In this document: positions 23,054 through 34,886 of the stretch, in pieces
Numbering within the stretch: position 1 is the first letter of the stretch
Layout: each line of letters opens with the position of its first letter
DNA from: Zootoca vivipara
Taxonomy: Eukaryota
Reading direction: 5' to 3'
NCBI RefSeq assembly: GCF_963506605.1
Contig: NC_083288.1
Location: 43,028,001 to 43,092,000, forward strand
DNA length: 64,000 nt
Made by a program: the position numbers and the translations under genes
Notes under the pieces: model-generated
The model's database searches: none
What the model was told of the DNA's origin: nothing
Seen by the model: the letters and a program-made list of their open reading frames with translations, nothing else

Positions 23054-26000
23054 ATGTGGGGACAGGATAATTTAGGCAGAAGAGGAATTATTTCATGCAA
23101 GATAGTTGGATTTGTCCTATTGCTACCAGTGCTTCTACTTCAGGGGATGTGCAGGATTCCTAACACCTGGAGCACATGCAGTCCCCTTCCTTTTCTTCAC
23201 AAGTATTACCAGCCAGGAGACCTCATCGTTGCTGGTATTATGTCTCAGATCTCCATATTATTCAACCCAATAGATTTCGATAAATGTCCTTCTAATGACC
23301 TCATCGATGACATTTTGTAAGATTTGTTTTGCAAAAAGCTCTGGTACCATATATTTGTTATATTTATTTTCCCTAGGAGTGTCAGGCCCATAGTTCAGTG
23401 ATAGATCCAGTGAATGACAGAAGGACAAATTTCTTTGCCCAAGAGTTGAATCATCCCTGTAGCTAAACCATATTAATCATTATCTGTTATCCTTTTAGTT
23501 GTGACAGGCATATTTCAGGACTGCAATACCTCAAAACTGCCATGTCCCATATGAACTAACCCAGACCATGCAATCATAATCGGAGGCCTTTCTTTGTGTG
23601 CCCCCTTCACAAGAGGTTCAGGGCCTTTTTCTGCAGTGGCTCCCTGTTTATACAATACTCTGCTAAGGGAGGCTCACCAGGTGCCTTTGTTACATTTATT
23701 TAGGTGCCTTATGTATTTTTGTGTTTTTTATTTGTAAACTGCCCTGTGATCCTTGGATGAACACATGTATAGAAACTTAATTTAAAAAATAACTAGATTT
23801 AAACACAATGGTTTAGAACTGGAACCTATGCATGTTCATATTTCTCCAGATTTACCTGAATTGAGATTGATCAGTATGATAATATTGGTTCAACTGAGGT
23901 GTAGCAATTGTCCAATGCAGAAGGAAATCAACGTGTTACAGCATGTAACTATCCTTTCAGGGTTATGACACAGCTCTACCAACATATCCTGGCATTAGTA
24001 TTTGCTGTAAAAGAGATCAATGCAAATCTCCAAATTTTACCCAACCTCACCCTGGGCTTCCACATCTACAACAGCCATTTCAGTCAAAGCTGGACCTATC
24101 GTGCTGCCTTGGAACTCCTCTCTACGTACAGCAGATTCATCCCCAACTACAAGTGTGACACCCAGAATTATCTAGCAGCAGTCATTGGAGGCCCGAACTC
24201 TGAGGTTTGTCTTCATATGGCAAATATACTGAGCAACTACAAGATTCCACAGGTAACATTCTCTCAGAGGTGTCTCCTGATAGTAAATTACCCAGACCAT
24301 TCGGTCTTGTTTTCAGGCAAAAGGATGGAACTTTGCAATTGTCGATGATCAGATGTCCCTTCGCAGCTGTTACTGTGTTGATCCTTTGTCCGTTCTTTTT
24401 CATTTGCGTTCCCCCCTTGTTGCTTAATATGGAACGTTATTAACTGCCTTGGAAAGAAATGATGAGGAGCTTGATAAATATATTAATACAAATAATTGAA
24501 ATAAGCTGGCTGAGGGGCTACAGGAAGGTGTCCGTCAGTTGTTATTGAAATCCAGCTTTCATCAGCCCCAGCCAGCAAGGGCAATGTGCTCATAGATTAT
24601 GGGGAGTTCTTATCCTACAACGGAATATGGTGGAAGCCCAGTTATGCCAGTGTAATGTAAGAGATGACACTACCATGAAAGGTAACTGCGTATAATTGCT
24701 TGAGTAGACTGGTACAACCCTCGACCAGAATATACTATATGCTACTACAAATTCAATGGTGAGAACATTTTTCTATGTTTAGAGGATTGCTCAGTTTATT
24801 TGTACCTTTGAATTCTTTCACGTTCTCTTAAGTTTGAGGAAGAACCAACAAGCTCCCATGTCAGCAGCACTCTAAAAGCAAAATATGAAATCTAGATTGT
24901 ATTTTAACTGCAGTCAATTCAAGTTAAAGAAGAAAACCACTGCACACTTAAAGAGAATTTCTCATCATCTCATTTCCTATCTTTTATTTAGCTCGTATAT
25001 GGTCCTACTCCAATGAGAAATATTAAAACTGAAGTCGCTTTCTATAACCAAATGTTCCCAAATATAGACCATCAATATGAAGGGATTCTCATGTTAATGC
25101 TACATTTCAGATGGCTATGGACTGGTGTATTGATTGCGGATAATGAGAATGGAGAGAGGTTTCTACAGAGTGTGGTTCCAAAATTTATTCTGAGAGGAAT
25201 CTGCTTTGATTTCATAGGAAGATTTCCATCCATTTCTTATTCTAGTGGTATTGCGGACTTGGTTGCAGATGGGCTCAAGACATTTAATGTTGCCATGAGA
25301 AGTACTGCTAATGTGTTGATCATTCATGGGGAAATTGATTCCATGACACTTTTGAGAATGTTTCCTGGTATGTCAGAATATGAAGATATACCAATAAAGG
25401 CTACAGGTAAAGTTTGGGTCATGACGGTTCAGATGGATTTCACATCACTTCCCTTTCAGAGAGATCAGGACATAGACTTCCTCCATGGTTCTCTATCCTT
25501 CACCATTCACTCAAAGGAGGTCTTGGGATTCAAGGAATTTGTTCAGATGAGAAATCCCATTTTGGAAAAAGAAGATGGCTTTATGAGGATATACTGGGAA
25601 AAGGCATTTCAGTGTCATTTCGTTGACTCTGAGGAAAATATGCAGGATGGAGATATTTGCACCGGGGAGGAGAAGCTGGAGGCTCTTCCTGGCTCTATTT
25701 TTGAAACAAGCATGACTGGCCACAGCTATAGCATCTACAATGCAGTCAATGCTGTGGCACATGCCGTGCATGCCATCCATTCATCTAAATTCAAGCGCAG
25801 GGTGGATGAAGGGTGGCTGAAGCTTTGGATTCAACAGATGTGGAAGGTAATATCATGAGCACAAAAATGCAGGAATGCTGACCATAGCCCTGGGAATAGT
25901 AGCAGACATAAAGAATCCAGAGGGTTTGAAAAGTTTCTGTTTCTACCAAGGGTGGTTAGCATCTAAAGACCAAATTACATGTGACATTGAAAACATACTG

Positions 26001-26858
26001 TAGCTCACTGTTGTGTGAATTCTACATCTGCCAAGAGAAGCTGCTAGGGATCTCAGCCAGGACTCTGACTGACTCATACTGAATGGGGTTAGGTATTTCA
26101 TTTCACTAATAGGGGATTACACCAGGAGTTTCCATTTTATTCCAAATGGCAGCTGCTTCAGAAGGATCTCTCTCTCTCTCTCTCTCTCTCTCATTGCTCT
26201 TCATGAAAATAACTCTATTCAATAATTAAAAAATACTTACAGAAATTGAATGCCCATATGTATGTAGAGAAAGAGAATACAGTATACAGGAAGTAATTGT
26301 TCTGCATTCACTTACTTAAGGACATAAGAATATCTTGCTGGACCAGGACATTGAAACATCTCGTCCAGCATCCTTTCGTCAAAAGGAGATAATGGTGATG
26401 TAGTGCTCAATGACTTCTATTACATCCATTACTGGTCTTTATGAATCTTTTGAAGGGCCCATTGCTCACATCCCTCAAGAAGGAAAGTTCACCATCAACA
26501 TGTTATATTTTCTTATGAAATATCCTTCTTTTCTCATCTTTCCCCCTGCCCAATTTAGCTCAACAGCTTGGTGAGAAATAGGTTCTTTAATAATAGTGCT
26601 GGGGAAAAAGTTTATTTCAACCAACATGGAGAACTAGAGGCTGCATTTGATATAATAAACTGGGTGACATTCCCAAACCAGTCCATTCTTAGAGTGAGAG
26701 TTGGAGGAGTAGACCCACGGGACCCCCTGGGCAAAGAGTTCACCATTCATGAGGATGCCATTGTGTGGCCCAGCAGGTTTAACCAGGTTTGACTCCAGAC
26801 ACATTTTTGCGGGCTTTATTCAAATGTCATTTTGCCAGTCTTCAAGAGGTGTCATGGA

Positions 26859-26897
<39 letters not shown>

Positions 26898-29800
26898 ACT
26901 ACTTTTTATTTGTACCCCGCCCATCGGGCTGAGTCTCCCCAGCCACTCGAGTAATAAAACAATACAGCATTAGATATTGAAAGCTTCCCCAAACAGGGCT
27001 GCCTTCAGATGTCTTTTAAAAATAGGATAACTGCTTATTTCCTTGACATCTGATGGAAGGGTAGGTGCCACGACCAATAAGACCCTCTGTCTGGTTCCCT
27101 GTAACCTCGCAGTGAGGGGACTGCCAGAAGGCCCTCAGCGCTGGATCTCAGTGTCCGGGCTGAATGATGGGGGTGGAGACGCTCCTTCAGGTATACAGGA
27201 CCGAGGCCGTTTAGGGCTTTAAAGGTCAGTACCAACACTTTGAATTGTGCTTGGAAACGTACTGGGAGCCAATGTAGGTCTTTCAGGACCGGTGTTATGT
27301 GGTCTCGGCGGCCACTCCCAGTCACCAATCTAGCTGCCGCATTCTGGATTAATTGCAGTTTCCGAGTCACCTTCAAAGGTAGCCCCATGTAGAGCACATT
27401 GCAGTCCAAGAGGGAGATAACCAGAGCATGCACCACTTTGTCGAGACAGTCTGCGGGCAGGTAGGGTCTCAGCCTGCATACGAGATGGAGCTGGTAGACA
27501 GCCGCCCTGGACACAGAATTAACCTGTGCCTCCATAGACAGCTGTGAGTCCAAAATGACTCCCAGGCTGCGCACCTGGTCCTTCAGGGGCACAGTTACCC
27601 CATTCAGGACCAGGGAGTCCCACACACCCGCCCGCCCCCTGTTCCCCAAAAACAGTACTTCTGTCTTGTCAGGATTCAACCTCAATCTGTTAGCCACCAT
27701 CCATCCTCCAACTGCCTCCAGACACTCTTACAGGACCTTCACCACCTTCACTGGTTCTGATTTAAAAGAGATGTAGAGCTGGGTGTCATCTGCATACTGA
27801 TGAACACCCAGCCCAAACCCCTGATGATCTCTCCCAGCGGCTTCATATATATATATTTTAAAAAGCATGGGGGAGAGAATGGAACCCTGAGGCACCCTAC
27901 AAGTGACGGCCCAGGGCTCTGAACACTCATCCCCCAACACCACTTTCTGGACACGGCTCTGTATAACAGTGCCCCCAGCTCCCAACCCCTCTAAACGGTC
28001 CAGAAGGATGTTATGGTCAATGGTGTCAAAGGCCGCTGAGAGATCCAGCAGAATTAGGAAACAGCTCTCACCTTTGTCCCTAGCCCACCGGAGATCATCA
28101 ACCAGTGTGATGTGACCAAGGCAGTTTCAGTCCCATGGTGAGGCCTGAATCCCGATTGGAAGGGATCCAAATATACGCATCTTCCAGGCGTGCCTGGGGT
28201 TGTTCAGCAACCACCCGCTCAATCACCTTGCCCCTAGAATGGTAAATTTGAGACTGGGCGATACTTGGCCATATTGGCCGGGTCGAAAGATGTTTTTTTA
28301 AGAAGCGGTTTAATAACCGCCTCTTTCAGCGGGTCTGGGAAGGCTCCCTCACAGAGAGAAGCATTCACCACCCCATGGAGCCCATCTCCCAGCCCTTCCT
28401 GGCTCGCTTTTATTAGCCAGGATCAATGAGACAGGTAGTCAGTTTCATTAGTCCAAACAGCCTGTCCACATCCTCGGAGGTAACAGATTGGAATTGATCC
28501 CATATAACTTCAGTCCTTTCCCTGCGCATCTCTGTTTATTCAGTGTCAGATAGGCTCACAGCTTCTTCAGCATGCCCCCAACCTTACTGTGCTATTGCTA
28601 ATCATGCCTGCATGTTGGATGGCACATTTGAAAATGTTTACTTACTTATGCATATAGCCATCTATTTATATTCAATGCAATGAAAATGCTGCACATACAG
28701 CTTTCTTATTGCAGGGATCACACATGCATACAACTCTATGAGAACTAGTGCGTGGTGGCATTTAGTGCTTTGTTGTTTATTTTTAGCCTCCTGTGTAATT
28801 CTTTGTACAGTGGTACCTCTACTTACGAATTTAATGCGTTCGGAACGCACATTCGTAAGTCGAAAAAAATCGTAAGTCGAATCCCATAGGAATGCATTGG
28901 GAGAAAAAAATCATAAGTCAAAGCAACCCTATCTAAAAATTCGTAAGTCGAAGCAACCCTATCTAAAAATTTGTAAGTAGAAAAAATCCTATCTAAACCG
29001 CATCTAAGATTGCGGATGGAGCTCCGTTCGTAAGTAGAAACATTCGTAAGTAGAGTTATTCGTAAGTAGAGGTACCACTGTATTTATTTTCATTTATTGT
29101 CAGATGTCTTCTGACTGCTATGTATCAGGGTGATTAATGAAATAAATTACTATAATCATAATATGATTAGATGTTCCAGGACACTGCCTTTCTTGCATTC
29201 CTTGCAACCTGAATAGGAACAAAGGTTGTTAGACCAAGTCAATCCATTGACCTATCTAGCTCAATACTGACAGCTGCTCTCTGGGCATTAAGACCAAGGT
29301 CTTTCTGAACCCTAGCTGGAGATACCTGAGACTGAACTGCATGCAAAGCAGATTCTATACCCTTGATCTATGGCCCTTCTCCCAAGGCAGGGATGGGAAA
29401 CCTTCAGCCCTCCAGATGTTTCTGAACTGCAACACCCATATTCCCAGCAAGCTTAGCCAATACCTGAAGGTCCCCCACACCTACCCTAAGGGATTCAGAT
29501 GTTGGAGTCACCAAGTCTTGCTTTATCACACTCGACATGTTTGGTGTATCCACTCTAATTTATGTTTTATGCCTATTCACCAGGCAAATTTTTGAAATGA
29601 TGTTAATTTAAATAGTTCTACTTATAACCCAATGTACAAGTAAAGAAGTCCCCAGTAAGTCCCACAAAAAAGGTTCTTTGAAGAAAGGCAGAAAATTTTA
29701 GCAATGTACCTGTCATCTCCTCTAATTATGCCAAACCTAAGGCAGCTCTGCCAATTCTGGGGGCGGAAGTGGGGGGGGGGATGAGCAACCTGTGTGCTAC

Positions 29801-32800
29801 AAATTTGGAAACCAGGAACTGTTTTCCTCTATCTTTTATGTACAGGCACTACCCATTTCTCTTTGCAATGACCATTGCCATTTGGGTTACAGTAGAACCA
29901 AGAAGGAAGGGAAGCCATTTTGCTGTTACGATTGCCTTCCCTGTCCAGAAGGGAAGTTCTCAAACCAGGAGGGTAAGATGTGCCGTGCTAATCTTTCACA
30001 AATGGCTTAACCTTGGGATGTTTGATCATCTCCTTGCACATGCTTATTTTTTTTTATTTACTTTGCATGGGTGGCGATCAATGCCAGCTACCAGGACATA
30101 GCTGCATGGGCAAACTGAGGTGCAATCAATCATGTTCTTAACAAAAAGAACTCTGCATCTTTTCTATACAAACTATACCTTGCATATTTCATAAACCTCC
30201 CCATATCATGTAACCAACAGCTCAAACTGACATTATGGACTTGCAAATACAAAACAGCTATTTGTGTGTGTGTGGGGGGGAGTGATTCATTGTTGTTGTT
30301 GTTGTTTAGTCGTTTAGTCGTGTCCGACTCTTCGTGACCCCATGGACCATAGCATGCCAGGCACTCCTGTCTTGCACTGCCTCCTGCAGTTCGGTCAAAC
30401 TCATGTTGGTAGCTTCGAGAACACTGTCCAACCATCTCATCCTCTGTCGTCCCCTTCTCCTAGTGCCCTCCATCTTTCCCAACATCAGGGTCTTTTCCAG
30501 GGAGTCTTCTCTTCTCATGAGGTGGCCAAAGTATTGGAGCCTCAGCTTCACGATCTGTCCTTCCAGTGAGCACTCAGGGCTGATTTCCTTCAGAATGGAT
30601 AGGTTTGATCTTCTTGCAGTCCATGGGACTCTCAAGAGTCTCCTCCAGCACCATAATTCAAAAGCATCAATTCTTCGACGATCAGCCTTCTTTATGGTCC
30701 AGCTCTCACTTCCATACATCACTACTGGGAAAACCATAGCTTTAACTTTCTATCAAGAAGGCCAAGGCACTTGGTACTTAGGCACACCCATCCATGCTAT
30801 GATCAGACCAAGAACCAGCGACAGAGCAAGCTGATCAGATGCCTGGGGCAGCATGAGTACCCTGTGCCCAGGGGTAGGGGCAGGGGCAGCAACCCATGGG
30901 GTGTGGCCAGCCAGGGCAGGATGCTCCACGGGGCCTCCAAGGAATCTGGCTACCTCCTCCCACTCAGGTGGGGGGATGCGGAGGGCGGACCATTTGGGGC
31001 AGCGTGGAGCCTGCAGGCACCCAAGCCACTGCGTCACTCCCAGGAGAGATGTGTGGCTTGGGCATGAGTGCCACCCGCCATTTTGTCACCCTCCCCCTCA
31101 GTGGCGTGCCCCCACCGCACACTCCTTTCTCCGCCCCTGCCCAGAACTGCTTCGTTTCAGCAAGGTGGCTTTTGGGTTTGTTAAGAAATAGGATTTACAG
31201 GGTTTATCAGGAATATTCTAGATAAGAGAATATACAGTGGTACCTCGACTTACGAAGGTAATCTGTTCTGCGGCGCTCTTCGGAAGTCGGAAAGTGTCCA
31301 TTTTGCGCATGTGCAGAACGCGCACACTCTCCGCAAAAATACTTCCGGGTTAGCGGACTTCGGAAGACGAAACCTTCGGAAGTCGAGTCATTCGTAAGTC
31401 AAGGTACCACTGTAGTTAGATACTGATTACATTCCGTTATAACTATTGATATGTATGTATTAAGCAATCAGTGCTAAGAGCTTGGTAGAAATAATGAACA
31501 TTATTCTATTGTAAACCACTCTATGTAGAAGTAGTTAAAAAGTTAGTACTGAATAGCCTATCTGTCAGCTATGTTCCTCCACTGACAGGGAATGAGAACG
31601 CTGGCATAGAGAGAGCAGGTAAGAATGGAGTGCAGAGGGGAGGGCGAAGTGGCAGGGAGCAGCCATGACTTGATCTCTGGGCACAGGGATAACAGAAGGG
31701 AGAGCCAGAGTGAAAAAATGCAGCTTGTCAGCCCAGACAGTGACTCAGACCCAGGAATACCGACAGTGCCCTCTCCAAAATCTTGTAGGATCACGAGACT
31801 TTATGAGAAGTGTGAAAAGGAAAGGAAGAGAAGGTGGAGGTTTTCCTGTTGGGGAAAGCAACTGTGCTATCTGAGGATGACGGCGCTTAGCTGAGCTCTG
31901 ACCTGGTTTGTTTGTTTGTTTGTTTGAACAATAAATCTGAAATACAGTGGTACCTCGGGTTACAAACACTTCAGGTTACAAACGCTTCAGGTTACAAACT
32001 CCGCTAACCCAGAGTCTAGGACTGAAGTCTGATTCAGAAAAGAAACTTCGTACCTCCTCTATTATTATGTGGAAATTACAAACGAACTATAACCCCCCCC
32101 CCATTTCAGGTGAGTGAAAATCACAGACAGGTGGATACTTCTACACTACAGACCAATAGTTTAAGTGGTTTTTTGTGTATGTGTCCTGGCACATTTCAAA
32201 TTATAAGCTGAAAACTCTAGGTTAAACAACTACCATCTCTGAGTACAGTATCCTCAAAATAGAATTGCATAAGAAAGATGGATATAAGTTTTTCAGTTAT
32301 CTATCTAGTATCCACCTTCCTAGGTTTTGTAAAATTAATCTGGTTGTCCCAAGTGCCCACTCATTGGGGTTTTCTCTCTCTCTCCTTTTGCCTTGATTAT
32401 TCTACTGCAAATAGAGTTTCCATATTCCAATGTAAATAGGGTTTCCTCATGTTTTCTTTTTCAGACATGGATGACTGTTTGCAATGTCCAGAAGATCAGT
32501 ATCCAAACAATGCCCGTAATTCATGCATTCCAAAATTAATAATCTTCCTCACTTTTGATGAACCTTTGGGAATCTCTTTGGCAGTATTGGCTCTTTCCTT
32601 TTCATTCATTGCAGCTTCAGTGCTTGGCATCTTCGTTAAGCTTAAGGACACTCCCATTGTCAAGGCCAACAACCGGAATCTCACCTACACTCTTCTCATT
32701 TTCCTTCTGCTCTCCTTCCTTTGTGCTTTGCTGTTCATTGGCCAACCCAAAAAGCTGACGTGTCATCTTCGACAAACTGCTTTCGGCATTATCTTCTCAG

Positions 32801-33375
32801 GAGCGATATCTTGTGTTCTGGCCAAAACCACCATTGTAGTTCTAGCTTTCATGGCCACCATGCCTGGATCCAGGATGAGGAAATGGTTGGGGAGCAGACT
32901 GGCTGCTTCCATTGTTCTTTCCTGCTCCCTGATTCAAGCCGCTATTTGTACTGTGTGGCTCTCAACCTCTCCCCCGTTCCCAGATTTCAACATGCACTCA
33001 GTTATGAAAGAAATTGTTCAAGAATGTAACGAGGGCTCAGTCACCATGTTTTACTGTGTTTTGAGCTACATGGGCTTCCTGGCCACTGTCAGCTTCACTG
33101 TGGCTTTCCTAGCCCGCAAGTTGCCTGATACTTTCAATGAAGCCACGTTTATCACCTTCAGCATGTTGGTCTTTTGCAGCGTTTGGCTGACCTTTGTCCC
33201 AACCTACCTGAGCACCAAGGGTAAATATATGGTTGCTGTGGAGATTTTCTCCATCTTGGCCTCCAGTGCTGGGTTACTGGGCTGTATCTTTTCACCAAAG
33301 CTCTACATCATTGTGTTCAGACCTGAGTTGAACAACAAGGAACAGCTAAGAAGAAGAAACAATGAAATATTCTAA
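23054..33375 (+). CDS. V2R gene 3, ~891 aa, 6 exons
   Basis: Exons 23054-23316, 23961-24252, 24992-25846, 26559-26786, 29846-29972, 32465-33375. Exons 1-3 nearly identical to genes 1/2; exons 4-6 clearly divergent from them. The exon 4 donor (GTTTGA) is weak. Confidence 0.91.
26860..28510 (-). mobile_element. L2 LINE fragment (degenerate RT domain plus 3' end)
   Basis: [34 protein letters not shown] motifs across frameshifted ORFs; trinucleotide tail at 26860-26895. Confidence 0.9.
28808..29080. mobile_element. Tc1/mariner (Tigger-like) MITE
   Basis: TIR CAGTGGTACCTCTACTTACGAA at both ends, TA TSD, internal TCGTAAGT repeats. Confidence 0.88.
30291..30746 (-). mobile_element. Bov-B LINE 3' fragment
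   Basis: [35 protein letters not shown]; (CAA)n tail. Confidence 0.92.
30816..31139. mobile_element. Non-autonomous hAT-like element (GC-rich)
   Basis: Imperfect TIR CAGCGACAGAG / CTCCGCCCCTG; 8-bp TSD CCAAGAAC / CCCAGAAC (7 of 8 match). Confidence 0.6.
31235..31412. mobile_element. Tc1/mariner (Tigger-like) MITE
   Basis: TIR CAGTGGTACCT(C/T)GACTTACGAA, TA TSD. Confidence 0.85.
31945..32013. mobile_element. Truncated Tigger-like MITE end
   Basis: TA followed by CAGTGGTACCTC and GGTTACAAAC repeats; no partner TIR. Confidence 0.6.
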
Positions 33376-33656
33376 ATCATTTAGCCCTGGCCCAATTTAA
33401 ATTAGCAACGAGAATTAAGGGAATTAAGTCAGTGAGAAGCATCTCATTCCTATGGCCTTTCAAACTTTGTGGGGAGTAATTGTTTCCGTTTGTTATGATG
33501 GCATGTATTTTTGTGTTTTTAGTTTGTAAACCACCCTGTGATCTTTGGATGAAGGGCAGTATAGAACTTAATAAAGAAAAATAATATTAAATAAATAATA
33601 CACATGGGCCTGATCATGCTGAAATTTATTGGACTGAGTCCTATGTTACTGTTACA

Positions 33657-33895
33657 CCAGTGTGGTGTAGTGGTTAAGAGCAGTAGACTCGTAATCTGGG
33701 GAACCGGGTTCACGTCTCCACTCCTCCACATGCAACTGCTGGGTGACCTTGGGCTAGTCACACTTCTTTGAAATCTCTCAGCCCCACTCACCTCACAGAG
33801 TGTTTGTTGTGGGGGAGGAAGGGAAACGAGAATGTTAGCCGCTTTGGGACTCCTTCGGGTAGTGATAAAGCGGGATATCAAATCCAAACTCTTCA
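33657..33895 (+). mobile_element. tRNA-derived SINE (Squam3-like)
   Basis: A-box TGGTGTAGTGG, degenerate B-box GGTTCACGTCT, GGGTGACCTTGGG core, L2-like 3' end. Confidence 0.75.
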
Positions 33896-33899
33896 TTGT

Positions 33900-34126
33900 T
33901 TAATCATGTCCTCCCTCAAAGAGGGGACGTGTTGTGGTGAGACCTGGCAACCAAACCCTTGTGTTGTGGGTGGGTATGATTGGATAGCCACAACACCCGA
34001 TGGGTAGGTCCCTTGTTGCCAGGTTTAATCTGACCAATGGGACACTAGCCAAATGGATCAAGGGACCTATATATGCCAATGCATGTGACCCTGAGCTTTC
34101 TCTCTTGGTCAGTGCATCAGCACACC
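33900..34126 (+). mobile_element. LTR U3-like fragment with CCAAT and TATA
   Basis: Reverse complement of ~36810-37012; CCAAT at 34034, TATATA at 34068. Confidence 0.7.
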
Positions 34127-34597
34127 AGCATCGTGTCCGCTGCGAGCCGAAAGAGAGACCAATCTACCTTCAACGATTACGGTGATCTGTTTTCATTATT
34201 TCGCCCCATGTGTGAATTCATCCTATGTCTGCATAGACACTAATGGAAGTTATAGGAATGAGATGATTGCATTCAACATTTTGATAGCTGTATTCTACAT
34301 ATGCAAACAGTAGGCCTGGCACAATCACATGGAATGTTGGGCGTGTGCTACCTGAGAAGCATGCGGTGGTGAGAGGGAGACGATTTGCTGAGCCTCCTGC
34401 TGAAAGGGATTCTTGCCTCCAAAACCTTAACTTTCCCAAAACACATTGCAAACAATGTTCTGGTTCTGGTGCAATCAGGGGTGGTGGTGAGAATTAGCCA
34501 CACAAGGTTCAGTATGCCCCAATGAACAGAACCTGAGGCAACCTCCACCTGGGTGTTTTCCTCTGCAATGTCTCAGAGAACCTTCAAATCTCCAATC

Positions 34598-34617
34598 ATT
34601 ATCTGCTCTGTAATTAT
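34598..34617 (+). promoter_or_regulatory. Candidate V2R promoter element, gene 4 copy
   Basis: ATTATCTGCTCTGTAATTAT, about 270 nt before the ATG. Confidence 0.55.
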
Positions 34618-34886
34618 CAAACTCATCACAATTATTTCTACTTCATCTTCAAATCTCAGAGGACCTCTGATAACCACAGGAAAACAACTATCAGGACATA
34701 ACACAGGTGTTAATATGGACTTTTCCATGAAGAACTGGGGCTAGTGAGAATCGGCATTTGGTAAGACCGACTATCCCTGCTAGTTTTCACTGAATAACCC
34801 TTCACTGCAATAAGTCCAATGGATCTCCGTTCAAATCAGACTGTGCTGCTCAAGGATATGTGAGTGTTGGTATAGAAATAGAGAAA

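Larger units (their letters stand above)
105..26860 (+). repeat. Tandem segmental duplication: unit A ~105-11390, unit B ~11390-21500, partial unit C ~21500-26860
   Basis: Spacer, promoter, exon and intron sequence recurs nearly identically (e.g. 105-750 vs 11392-12040 vs ~21500-22140; 10485-11390 vs 20588-21500). Units differ by unit-specific insertions. Confidence 0.92.

Noticed and set aside
28840-29070. Spaced TCGTAAGT repeats superficially like a CRISPR array
   Set aside because: Internal repeats of a TA-flanked MITE in a vertebrate genome; no unique spacers and no cas genes.
31540-31940. Purine-rich block ending in AATAAA, possibly an LTR
   Set aside because: No termini, TSD or second copy found in the window.
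33657-33730. tRNA-like A/B boxes (also at 45150, 51460 and 60360)
   Set aside because: SINE heads continuous with SINE bodies; no full cloverleaf.
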